Source: a virus. Taken from it: a stretch of 64,000 nucleotides of DNA. A program made the position numbers and the translations under genes. Location: positions 29,551 to 93,550 of the IMG/VR virus record IMGVR_UViG_3300021963_000069; one strand, 5' to 3'. The first letter of the stretch is position 1, and every line of letters begins with the position of its first letter. Positions 40,325-49,194 of this stretch are shown one piece after another. A model generated the notes under the pieces. The model did not search any database, was not told the DNA's origin, and worked only from the letters and a program-made list of their open reading frames with translations.

Positions 40325-40453
40325 TCATGCATAATGCCTATACGCCATATCCTGATAATCGTGTGAGTCTCGCGCATAATCTTCGTCGAGTTCTTCTTCG
40401 AGCTCGCCGTATTCTGTCGTATATGTATAGTCGAAGTCGTAGTCGTCGTACAT
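40325..40453 (-). CDS. Tyr/Asp/Glu-rich mini-protein (42 aa, not in the ORF track)
   Basis: MYDDYDFDYTYTTEYGELEEELDEDYARDSHDYQDMAYRHYA. Confidence 0.6.
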   Translation of the reverse strand: MYDDYDFDYTYTTEYGELEEELDEDYARDSHDYQDMAYRHYA

Positions 40454-40559
40454 AAGGTGTTCCAGAATGTATATGTATTATAGCATGTATCTCGATGATA
40501 CGCAAGCTCGTGTCGAGATACACACCTGTATATATGTTCTCGAATGATATGATATGCTT

Positions 40560-40840
40560 ATGTGTATCTCGTCGAGACTTATGATACTTATGATGTATTC
40601 TCGCGCATTCTCGTCGAGATTATATGATGATATGATTATGTCTCGTCGAGATGTATGATATATTCTCGTGTGTATCTCGTCGAGATTATATGAGACTTAT
40701 GTGTATTCTCGCCAGTTCTCGTCGAGATTATATGATGATATGATTATGTCTCGTCGAGATGTATGATATATTCTCGTGTGTATCTCGTCGAGATTATATG
40801 AGACTTATGTGTATTCTCGCCAGTTCTCGTCGAGATTTTA
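40560..40840. repeat. Array of 8 CTCGTCGAG palindromes with a 108-bp higher-order period
   Basis: Starts at 40568, 40610, 40642, 40676, 40718, 40750, 40784, 40826 (spacings 42/32/34 repeating). Confidence 0.95.
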
Positions 40841-40871
40841 TGCGAGACTGTGAAGTTTTATGGCGGTCCTC

Positions 40872-40900
40872 TTGACTTTTTCGCGTTCTTGTGGTAGAAT
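40872..40900 (+). promoter_or_regulatory. Sigma70-type promoter
   Basis: TTGACT-17-TAGAAT with an extended TG. Confidence 0.7.
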
Positions 40901-41018
40901 GTCGGCTTAACTCACAAGACCCAGACACCTTCTTATAAGACTCTAGAAGGTTTCTATAAGACTTTCTACTATTCTTATACTCATAAAGACTTTATGCGTA
41001 TAGAAGCATAACAAATAG

Positions 41019-41038
41019 TTTTCCACAGGTTTTCCACA
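41019..41038 (+). promoter_or_regulatory. Two tandem DnaA-box matches
   Basis: TTTTCCACA at 41019-41027 and 41030-41038 (consensus TTWTNCACA). Confidence 0.65.
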
Positions 41039-41120
41039 GGCACATTCACAATATGTCTCAAAAAGCACATAAAATAACCAATATTCTATTATACATAAAA
41101 AAAAGTATAATAGTATCAAT

Positions 41121-41660
41121 ATGTCTCAGGACGTTACAAGAAGGATTTCTGACATCGAAGGAATGGAAACCTATAAGTTTTACTTCGCAACCATCAATGG
41201 AGACATCTACTCAAACAAACACAAAAGATTAAGAAAACTTAAGATACACTCGGTAGGTAACAATAGACATTATCGTGTGGTTCAACTTTCTGATGGTAAA
41301 GGTAATACTAAATCCTTTTATGTTCATCAAATCATTTGTAAGGCATTCCTACCCAATCATACCGACTCCTGGGGTATTAGGCATAAAGATGGTGACGTAA
41401 CCAATAATGCTCTTGAGAACCTAGAATGGTTGGGTAGAAAAAAGGAAAGAGATGGTGTCATGGGGTTAGACACCGATAGACTCGAATTAAATGAGAACCT
41501 GAGTGATTACATTAAACTAGTACATCTATCAGCAATCAAAAAAGGTATTCCTGTTCCCGACACTTATGAGTTCTTTCATGGTATCTTAAATGAATCACTG
41601 AATGAATACATCAATCGATTTGGTCTGAAGAAAACTATGTATCAGATAGAGAACTCTTGA
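41121..41660 (+). CDS. HNH endonuclease-domain protein with helical C-terminal extension
   Basis: FYVHQIICKAFLPN...IRHKDGDVTNNALENLEW. Confidence 0.8.
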   Translation: MSQDVTRRISDIEGMETYKFYFATINGDIYSNKHKRLRKLKIHSVGNNRHYRVVQLSDGKGNTKSFYVHQIICKAFLPNHTDSWGIRHKDGDVTNNALENLEWLGRKKERDGVMGLDTDRLELNENLSDYIKLVHLSAIKKGIPVPDTYEFFHGILNESLNEYINRFGLKKTMYQIENS

Positions 41661-42022
41661 TACTCAATAACTTCCATATTATTCAAATCATAAACCTCAC
41701 AGGATTCATTAAAGATTCCTGTAAAGATCCAATCATCGGTTGCTATTGTTTGATCTCCCTTCAGTGCTACATATTCGGTTGGAGAAATTTCCTCTGTATG
41801 ATACCAAATATCAACAAAATGATTTGAATTAAACTCATAAAACTTGATTATGTTGTTATCCCAATCTTCATGATGAGGATCTGAAAGATTCTTCCATTCA
41901 TTAAACTGTTCTACATTGTCAAAGACCAATTCTTCATACTTTGTGATCTTACGAATTACTGTAATTTGATTTTCATCTCCAAGTTTTTTTCCCGTCACAG
42001 TAGAACTAATACCGTTTGTCAT
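41642..42022 (-). CDS. Acidic hypothetical protein
   Basis: 126-aa ORF behind a promoter cassette (TATAAT, box at 42086-42107). Confidence 0.65.
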   Translation of the reverse strand: MTNGISSTVTGKKLGDENQITVIRKITKYEELVFDNVEQFNEWKNLSDPHHEDWDNNIIKFYEFNSNHFVDIWYHTEEISPTEYVALKGDQTIATDDWIFTGIFNESCEVYDLNNMEVIEYQEFSI

Positions 42023-42113
42023 TGGAATGAGGTGTGAATTACCTTGTTATTATAAGGAGTTTGGACGGCGTATGTAACGTCTTGTGTGCCACTTGAAGAA
42101 CCGTCCACCGAAC

Positions 42114-42344
42114 TCAACCTCCACCATAAACATAAGACACAACACCCGCTGGATGATTCACATTCTCAATCACCTTAAAATCTGCGGTATCAAACTCTCT
42201 TTGTCGTTCTTTATTTGAATAATCACTACCAGTACCAAACTTCTCTATAAAGATTTGCCTACACTGTTCTGTTGATTCCGCTGCGATGACTGCCATACCA
42301 GAAGTGTAATCGTACAGTACGTCATTAAGAATGTAGAGATTCAT
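42114..42344 (-). CDS. Hypothetical protein (start MNLYIL)
   Basis: VLYDYTSGMAVIAA...GVVSYVYGGG. Confidence 0.65.
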   Translation of the reverse strand: MNLYILNDVLYDYTSGMAVIAAESTEQCRQIFIEKFGTGSDYSNKERQREFDTADFKVIENVNHPAGVVSYVYGGG

Positions 42345-42420
42345 TTGTCTTGAAGATAATGTAGAAGAATAATTTGCAGTGCTCCTAAAGAGTATGCGAC
42401 AAGTACCAGAATACCACAGG

Positions 42421-42618
42421 TCATTCAATTACTTCAGCAATAGTTTCAACATCCCAACCCGGTAGGATATCATGCATCCATTCCATATGTTCATCAAATT
42501 CAGAATCTTCTAACTCAAGAACACGATTGATTCGCTCACTCACTGCGAGTGCCTCATCTTTTGTATCAAACTTTAAAAGACAAGTTTGTGTTTCCGTAAC
42601 TAAAACATTGTAGGTCAT
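42421..42618 (-). CDS. Acidic hypothetical protein
   Basis: Co-oriented 65-aa ORF with GAGG RBS. Confidence 0.55.
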   Translation of the reverse strand: MTYNVLVTETQTCLLKFDTKDEALAVSERINRVLELEDSEFDEHMEWMHDILPGWDVETIAEVIE

Positions 42619-42794
42619 TAGTTTTCCTCAGAGTAAAGTTTCCATGAGTCGGCATAAAGTCCAAGTTCTTCACATCGGACTTCATACGCAATTCGTTGAA
42701 GCAAACGCAGATCCATATTCTCCACCTGCTGAATGATAGAACGACGGATTTGCTTGTCTTGAGTGGTGTCGGTGATCATTGTTTTTGTTGATTA

Positions 42795-42860
42795 CCCTTG
42801 TATTATAAGGGCACCCAGAGAGATTCTGAGTGCCGGGAGTGCCAGTTGTTAAAGTGTCAC
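42795..42860 (-). promoter_or_regulatory. Early promoter cassette (type example)
   Basis: GTGACACTTTAACAACTGGCAC-tccc-GGCACTCAGA-atctc-TCTGGGTGCC-ct-TATAAT. Confidence 0.85.
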
Positions 42861-43264
42861 TTGTTCATTTGCAAAGTGGGAACAGGCATCCCACCCTCAG
42901 TAGGAACATAGATTGTCACATTACCATTCTTAGAACCATCTTCGAGTCCAGTAATATACAGATACTGAAGATACTCACGGTTATCTTTTAATGAATCACC
43001 GATGATTTGGTTTGCTTTAGCAACACCACTAGCACGAATCACTTCAGCATCAGCAAGTTGTTGTGCCGAATCTTTCTTTGCTTGTGCCTCCAGAACTGCT
43101 ACTTGACGAGTGTATTCTGCCTTTTGTAATTCTGCTTTACCCGATAGAGATTGCGACCACACATTATACATTGGTCCACCCACAAAGACAAGACCAACGA
43201 GAACAACACCTCCAATAAAACAAAGAGAAATAAGGGGGTCAATAAATCCGTTTTGATTTTTCAT
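42857..43264 (-). CDS. Membrane-anchored coiled-coil protein, resembles the SPFH/prohibitin C-terminal part
   Basis: N-terminal TM; AEVIRASGVAKANQIIGDSL..N.EYLQY; IYVPTE. Confidence 0.75.
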   Translation of the reverse strand: MKNQNGFIDPLISLCFIGGVVLVGLVFVGGPMYNVWSQSLSGKAELQKAEYTRQVAVLEAQAKKDSAQQLADAEVIRASGVAKANQIIGDSLKDNREYLQYLYITGLEDGSKNGNVTIYVPTEGGMPVPTLQMNK

Positions 43265-43289
43265 AATTTATCTCAGTAATAAAATGACT

Positions 43290-43577
43290 TCAAACTAGAA
43301 CGATGTCGCCATGAGCGCGAGCAAGATTCACCAGACTGCCCCAGGAGGTCAAGGAGCACACTTCCGAGTCGTTCATGATGCTATACCACAGTTCAGCAGT
43401 AGCATCGTCCTCCACCTCATAGCGATAGACTTTATCAGAGGTACGATAGGAGATCATAACATCATAGGAGTCATTACCATCGGCAGAAGGAACAATTTCC
43501 ATCATACTCACAGCACTGGACTCTTCTTTGGTGAAGGTACGAGCGATGACGAAGGGATGACGAGTTGCGGTAATCAT
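43290..43577 (-). CDS. Early hypothetical protein, paralog of 33795-34091
   Basis: Visible sequence similarity over the whole length. Confidence 0.75.
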   Translation of the reverse strand: MITATRHPFVIARTFTKEESSAVSMMEIVPSADGNDSYDVMISYRTSDKVYRYEVEDDATAELWYSIMNDSEVCSLTSWGSLVNLARAHGDIVLV

Positions 43578-43680
43578 AATTTGTGTTTTTAAGTAAGATG
43601 GGGCGGAACTGTTCCGCTTGTGTTTATTATAAGGGCATTATGGGGTCTCTGGAGTGCTCTGTATGCCAGTTATTAAAGTG

Positions 43681-44361
43681 TCACCCTCTGACATTTCCTA
43701 TTGTCCTTCCTGTCTTTGGATTCATCTTTGATCCTAATGCCTTTGTATAGATCTTATCTCTTTTCTTTGCACCTTGCTCTCTATTCTCACCCGACAACAC
43801 ACCTTGAGGAGTTGCCGAACCTTTATCACCTGGTTTTGCGCCTGCTTTCTTCAGAGTATCGGGAACAGCACGAACTTCTCCTGTGAAACTTTTTGCTCTT
43901 GAGATTAAGTTATCCGGATCATTCTTACGATGGCGGATACCCTGCGAATGAATAGAAACATCATGAACTGGTTTGGGTGTCCTATCACCACCTAATTGTT
44001 TTCTCAATGCTCTTGCCTTTATCACTCTTTCTTGTGTTGGTCTTGGTTTTTCACCACCTCTGCTGGATACTCTTTTTGATGGTAGATTATTACTTGCATA
44101 ATCACTCTGATTCTTAAATGTTTCTACATTTGTGGCATGATATTTTGACGAAGATGCCTGATAATCTTGTTGAGGAAATGAATCTTTAGTTGGCGGTGTC
44201 TTAAATCCTGCTTTTTTTAATGCTACCTTATCTACAGTACGTTGTCTTTGTCTACCACGCGAAAACTTATTTTTGAATGGTCCTTGGGATGCTAATCTTC
44301 TTCTACCTCTTTCGGGTGATGAAGACTCACATAATTCCATGAACTTCTGAAAGGTAATCAT
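43681..44361 (-). CDS. Basic putative capsid-internal protein
   Basis: N-terminus MITFQKFMELCE resembles the T4 capsid targeting sequence MKTYQEFIAE; paralog of the C-terminal half of 45756-47183. Confidence 0.6.
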   Translation of the reverse strand: MITFQKFMELCESSSPERGRRRLASQGPFKNKFSRGRQRQRTVDKVALKKAGFKTPPTKDSFPQQDYQASSSKYHATNVETFKNQSDYASNNLPSKRVSSRGGEKPRPTQERVIKARALRKQLGGDRTPKPVHDVSIHSQGIRHRKNDPDNLISRAKSFTGEVRAVPDTLKKAGAKPGDKGSATPQGVLSGENREQGAKKRDKIYTKALGSKMNPKTGRTIGNVRG

Positions 44362-44810
44362 TGAAATACTTTTTTTAAGTATTTATTGAATGGATTGATT
44401 CCTGTTCGTAATGTTTTCTGAAACTGTTCTAAACCTGGATTTACTGCATCCAATTTAACATAAAGAACTAGTGGTATATGACCAAAATAAGATTGTAACC
44501 AAGGGCACAACCAGACCTTTTCATACAATGTAGTGTCTAAGTATACAGAACCTTCTTCATTCGTTTCTTGAAGTTGTAGTTCTGTATCATAATTCTCAAA
44601 CAGTTTTGTGGATGCAATCACATTCAACCTATCCTGAGATACTGCTGGTCTACTCATATCAATCTCAAAATACTCATTAAGAACCATCTCCGTACCATTA
44701 CAGAGTGGTTCTTTTATTGTATCATTATGAGTATGATCAAATACCCAAATGGTGTTTTGTTTAACCGCTGTGAATTCAATTTTCATGATTTTACTTAATA
44801 ATTGGCACAC
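44358..44810 (-). CDS. Hypothetical protein, paralog of 48692-49096
   Basis: Shared WVFDH..EPLCNGTE and WLCPWL..YFG..P. Confidence 0.75.
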   Translation of the reverse strand: MCQLLSKIMKIEFTAVKQNTIWVFDHTHNDTIKEPLCNGTEMVLNEYFEIDMSRPAVSQDRLNVIASTKLFENYDTELQLQETNEEGSVYLDTTLYEKVWLCPWLQSYFGHIPLVLYVKLDAVNPGLEQFQKTLRTGINPFNKYLKKVFQ

Positions 44811-45694
44811 TGAAACTTACCTTGATTAAAATTAGCATGAGAGAATACTTCACGATTCACAATTTTATACATTCCAAACTCATTTGTCATGACATAACCC
44901 TCCGCATCAATTCGATCATAACCAATATAAGCACCAGGACCATCATTACGACAGATAAAGAGGCAATCTTCTTTGATAGTTTTAATCAGAATCCACAAAC
45001 GAATCAGATTAGGATCACACTCGAAATCATCCTCATGAATTCTCATACCAGCGCGAATACGAGCATTAATTTGTTTTTTAATTTGTGCCGCTTCCTTATC
45101 AGTTGCGAATCGAGTGGTGGTTGCAACTTGCCGGGCAAACTTACATACATCCTCAACATCAGCGAAGGATTCTTGATTATAAAGAATATATGCGTTTGGT
45201 TTGACGAACTTCACAGTGTCAGTATCATTCCAGATAGCGCGGTCAGGCATCGCAACAGCATCACGAAGATCATTCTTCGCATAATAACAGGTATGCGGAG
45301 CGATGATGATATTTTGAGTGACAATCTCCGGAAACTTATAAGTGATAGTGTTAGGAGTGTATTCATCACTACCACCTTCACCAATAAAATCACCTTGATA
45401 GATGGTTTCCGTACAGGGCAGATAATCAAAGCAAAGATGTAGGATCTTCGCTACTTCACCCTGATGATTTGTATCAATCTCTTCATGAGAATGATTGATT
45501 TTGATTTTAACTTTGTTGAATACGGATTTTGTGCCAACAAAGAACCTACCCGTGGCAGGATTGGTGCCCCATACAATCGCAGGAGAACCATCAATCTTAA
45601 GACTGAGAGTGCCAGGAGTTACGAACCAATCAAGAACAGAAAGATCACCCGTAAGGATAGAGTCTTCTGGGTGAGACAGATGTGTGTTTTTCAT
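44795..45694 (-). CDS. DUF6267-like protein with a ligase-type KxDG motif
   Basis: MKNTHLSHPED, LKIDGSPAIVWG, FFVGTKSVFNK, YQGD, EGYV, KIVNREVFSHANF. Confidence 0.7.
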   Translation of the reverse strand: MKNTHLSHPEDSILTGDLSVLDWFVTPGTLSLKIDGSPAIVWGTNPATGRFFVGTKSVFNKVKIKINHSHEEIDTNHQGEVAKILHLCFDYLPCTETIYQGDFIGEGGSDEYTPNTITYKFPEIVTQNIIIAPHTCYYAKNDLRDAVAMPDRAIWNDTDTVKFVKPNAYILYNQESFADVEDVCKFARQVATTTRFATDKEAAQIKKQINARIRAGMRIHEDDFECDPNLIRLWILIKTIKEDCLFICRNDGPGAYIGYDRIDAEGYVMTNEFGMYKIVNREVFSHANFNQGKFQCANY

Positions 45695-45755
45695 ACTGAC
45701 ATTATAAGGGTATTATGGGGGCTCTGGAGTGCCCTGTGTGCCAGTTGTCAAAGTG

Positions 45756-47183
45756 TCACCCTTGCACTGTTCCCATTGTTTTTCCTGTCTTTGGATTCAT
45801 CTTTGAACCCAATATCCTAGTATAAATCTTGTCTCTTTTCTTTGCACCTATTTTACTATTTTCTCCTGGCATCACACCTTGAGGAGTTGCTGAACCTTTA
45901 TCACCTGGTTTTGCACCTGCTTTCTTCAGAGTATCAGGAACAGCACGAACTTCTCCTGTGAAACTTTTTGCTCTTGAGATTAAGTTTTTTTGGTCATTTT
46001 TGGATATGGTTTCATCATCAGCACCAATGGAAACATCATGAACTGGTTTGGATGTCCTATCACCACCCATCTGTTTTCTTAATGCTTTTGCATGAAGAAC
46101 TCGTTTTGCAGTTGGTATTACTACATAACTTTTTCTTTCACCAGAGAATGGTTGTTTTCCGGGCATATTATTTTTTGCATAATCACTTTGATGCTTGTAG
46201 GTTGCTACATTTGTTGTGTGATAATCTGAACTGGAAACTTCACGCTCTTGTGGATAGTGATATTTATTTGGTGATCGTTTGAATCCTGCTTTCTTTAATG
46301 CTGCCCTATCAGAAGTAGATGCGTTCTTCCTACTAAGAGAATACTTATTTTTCAATGGTCCTTTAGGTGCCAATCTTCTTCTACCTCTTTCGGGGGATGA
46401 AGATTCGCATAATGCCATAAAATCCGAAAAGGTCATTTGATCTTCCCATTCATCATAATCTTCATCATCACGATTTTTACCCCATTCAACCTCAACTTTT
46501 GTCCTCCTTGGATTCAGAGGTTTCAATCTACTTTTACCCTTTGCCTTTTGTTTTGGTGATTTTTCTCTACCAACTTGTGCAAATTGATCCCCATCATTAT
46601 CCAATTCACCAAATCCTGATTTTTTGTATATTTCAGATCTTCTATTGATTGGTTTTTCCCTACCTCTATCGTCAAGAGACCTAATAGGAGTATTATGAAC
46701 AATAGATCCTTTGGGTAGTCGGTGAGAAACGTGTGTGCTCCAAACTTTTTTAGCAGTTCTTGCAAGTTTAACTCTTTCTTTAGGACTAAGTTGAGTCTTA
46801 TTTTTATCGTGCCCCCATGATATGGTTCTTACATCATCATATGGAGATTCATCGGATCTATTTACGGCAAATTTGATACTTGATGGTTTGTGATGTAAAT
46901 ACATATCATTTCCATCACGATCAATTTCTATTTCATCTTTTTCACGATGACCAACTTTGGAGTTTATAGATGGATTATCAGCACCATGTTTAACTTTTGT
47001 TTGAGTCAAGTCATATTGTTTTGCCCAACGATCTTGATTCTGTGAAGATTGCGAACCGATTGTTCTTGCTCTTCTACGACTCTTTTGAACTGCCTTTCCA
47101 ACTGGAGTTTCTCCTGATGGCAAACGATCATCAGGTTCATAATATTTCTCTGTAAGTTCTAGAAATTGTTTGAATATTCTCAT
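45756..47183 (-). CDS. Two-module putative capsid-internal protein
   Basis: MRIFKQFLELTE start; internal MTFSDFMALCE; the halves are paralogous to 47197-47901 and 43681-44361. Confidence 0.65.
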   Translation of the reverse strand: MRIFKQFLELTEKYYEPDDRLPSGETPVGKAVQKSRRRARTIGSQSSQNQDRWAKQYDLTQTKVKHGADNPSINSKVGHREKDEIEIDRDGNDMYLHHKPSSIKFAVNRSDESPYDDVRTISWGHDKNKTQLSPKERVKLARTAKKVWSTHVSHRLPKGSIVHNTPIRSLDDRGREKPINRRSEIYKKSGFGELDNDGDQFAQVGREKSPKQKAKGKSRLKPLNPRRTKVEVEWGKNRDDEDYDEWEDQMTFSDFMALCESSSPERGRRRLAPKGPLKNKYSLSRKNASTSDRAALKKAGFKRSPNKYHYPQEREVSSSDYHTTNVATYKHQSDYAKNNMPGKQPFSGERKSYVVIPTAKRVLHAKALRKQMGGDRTSKPVHDVSIGADDETISKNDQKNLISRAKSFTGEVRAVPDTLKKAGAKPGDKGSATPQGVMPGENSKIGAKKRDKIYTRILGSKMNPKTGKTMGTVQG

Positions 47184-47196
47184 GACTCTATTGTGT

Positions 47197-47901
47197 TTAA
47201 TCTTTTACTATATCTTCCCATTCACCAGACATTGGTTTGAGTCTTTTCTTACCCTTTGCCTTTTGTTTTGGTGATGGTTCTCTACCAACACTTGCATACT
47301 GATCTCCACCTTTATTAAGTGGACCAAAACCAGCGCGTTGATACAATTTAGCGCGAGTGTTTTTAGTTGGATTTTTATGTGTTGAATTGGAAAGTGGACT
47401 ATTAACTAACGCTGAACCATGAGGAAGACGATGTTGAACATGAGTATCCCATACTGACTTTGCATCTCTCGCAACTTGTTTTTTCTCTTCATCACTCAAA
47501 TTATTATTATAACCATCCTTATGATTCCACATTACACTGTGAATTGGTTTACCATCCTTTGTTTTTTGTTTAGAATTTGACACAAAATAATCAATTCCTT
47601 TAGAACTCACTCTCATTCGGTTATCTTTATCTGTATAAACATTTGCATCTGGATGCGGACTAGGATTAAAATTCGGATTATCGGCACCGTGTTTCACTTG
47701 ACGATTTGATCTTTGAATTTGCTTTATGCTTCTTCCCAAATGTCTCATCGTATCCTTATGATCTGGTGCATTTTCATGTTTTCTTTTATTTCTAAAATAT
47801 GAAGATCTGGATTTACCATAAGGTGTCTTACCCGATGGCAGTTTCTCATCTGGTTTATAATATCTTTCACTAAGTTCTAGAAATTCTTTGAATGTTCTCA
47901 T
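47197..47901 (-). CDS. Basic putative capsid-internal protein
   Basis: MRTFKEFLELSE leader; RAKLYQRAGFG motif resembling a GNAT C-terminus. Confidence 0.6.
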   Translation of the reverse strand: MRTFKEFLELSERYYKPDEKLPSGKTPYGKSRSSYFRNKRKHENAPDHKDTMRHLGRSIKQIQRSNRQVKHGADNPNFNPSPHPDANVYTDKDNRMRVSSKGIDYFVSNSKQKTKDGKPIHSVMWNHKDGYNNNLSDEEKKQVARDAKSVWDTHVQHRLPHGSALVNSPLSNSTHKNPTKNTRAKLYQRAGFGPLNKGGDQYASVGREPSPKQKAKGKKRLKPMSGEWEDIVKD

Positions 47902-47909
47902 TTTCGCCC

Positions 47910-48650
47910 CTAGTTTTCTCTTTCTGCATCAGAAAGTCTATCCCATCTCGATTGGAGTTTTTTAATCTTGGGACTGTTTTCAATTTCTCTTTTAGCAGAC
48001 GCTCTTCTTCCTCTTTCTCCTCTTGATACTCTTTCTGGTCTCCAATTATCAGACTGAGTATAGTCATCGTACTGACCATCACCTGCATTATGTCTTCCGC
48101 GAATTCTATTTTCCTCATCTTCCATACCAGTTTCCAACTTTATCTTCTTCCTGTAAAGTTTCATTGATGGGTTCAAAGGCATTCCCCTATCATCAGTATT
48201 TCCTCTGAAAGAAACTCTGCCACCACCTTTCACTTCAAGAATTGTATCCAACCATTCATCAGACATTGATTCATAAATTGAAATTGCAGAATCATAATTA
48301 TCCGTATATCCTTCTGTTACAAGATAATCAATTATTCCGTAAAACTCTTCGTTAGTTTTTCTTCTCTTTCTTCTTGCAGATACTAGATGTTGAGATGCAG
48401 TATCACGATAACGTTTTCTATTTTTAGGTGAAGTATGTTCGGCATCTGCAACAGTTTTATGTGTTTCTGCTGCTCTTTCATCAGCGTCTGCAGTTACTGC
48501 ACCAGAAAATTTAGAAGAAAATACACCCTCACATAAGTATTCAAACTCATCATCATTTAATGATTCGAGCAGACACTCGGCACTCTCATAAGAATCAGCA
48601 TAACCTTCTAAATACACATACTTTAAAAGTTGATGATATTTGTATGACAT
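47910..48650 (-). CDS. Putative internal head protein with two YLxxEGYAD modules
   Basis: YVYLEGYADSYESAE and YLVTEGYTDNYDSA..MSDEW; TATAAATA at 48669-48676. Confidence 0.65.
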   Translation of the reverse strand: MSYKYHQLLKYVYLEGYADSYESAECLLESLNDDEFEYLCEGVFSSKFSGAVTADADERAAETHKTVADAEHTSPKNRKRYRDTASQHLVSARRKRRKTNEEFYGIIDYLVTEGYTDNYDSAISIYESMSDEWLDTILEVKGGGRVSFRGNTDDRGMPLNPSMKLYRKKIKLETGMEDEENRIRGRHNAGDGQYDDYTQSDNWRPERVSRGERGRRASAKREIENSPKIKKLQSRWDRLSDAEREN

Positions 48651-48691
48651 TTTTACAAGTTTTTTATTTATTTATAAACCCTGTTTATCAT

Positions 48692-49096
48692 CTATTCTTT
48701 AACTATTATATCAAGTAATTCTTCAAATTCCAAATCAATTGGAGGTTCATGATACTGCTCACAGTAAATATAAATTGTTTCGGGAACTTCTCCAAAATAT
48801 CCAGGTAACCAAGGACACAACCAGAGTTCCATGGAACTAAGTTTATCTTTATAAACTGAACCGAACTCATCAGTTTTAATCAGTTTAATTTCTGTGATTG
48901 CGCCATCAAATTTATCAGTATCAAGATAAAATTTAATTTTATCACCTATGATTGGTTTATTTTCATTCAGCATTTCATAGTACCAATCAATTACATTTTC
49001 AGTTCCATTGCAAAGTGGTTCATTTACAGTATTTTGATGCTTATGATCAAATACCCAACAATTATAATTTTTGTGAGCGATGATAGATAAATTCAT
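48692..49096 (-). CDS. Hypothetical protein, paralog of 44358-44810
   Basis: WVFDH, EPLCNGTE, WLCPWL; TTGACA-17-TATTAT promoter with box at 49158-49180. Confidence 0.75.
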   Translation of the reverse strand: MNLSIIAHKNYNCWVFDHKHQNTVNEPLCNGTENVIDWYYEMLNENKPIIGDKIKFYLDTDKFDGAITEIKLIKTDEFGSVYKDKLSSMELWLCPWLPGYFGEVPETIYIYCEQYHEPPIDLEFEELLDIIVKE

Positions 49097-49194
49097 AATT
49101 CTGAGTCAGAGTTCTATATTCACATAATAATTCATCTGGTTGTTAATGTCAAGTCCAGTGGACAGAACTCAAACTGTCACAGTCCAGATTTACT

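Noticed and set aside
40156-40523. Arg-rich ORFs 40156-40455 (+) and 40338-40523 (-)
   Set aside because: Probably shadow frames of the acidic MYDDYDFD ORF at 40325-40453 and of promoter DNA
40560-40840. CRISPR array or mini-array
   Set aside because: The repeat is only 9-13 bp, the spacers themselves repeat with a 108-bp period, and no cas gene is in the window
42059-42069. GTTTGGACGGC matching the module-1 RNA tag as a possible guide target
   Set aside because: A single 11-nt match in 64 kb can arise by chance, and I saw no equivalent distal match for the module-2 tag
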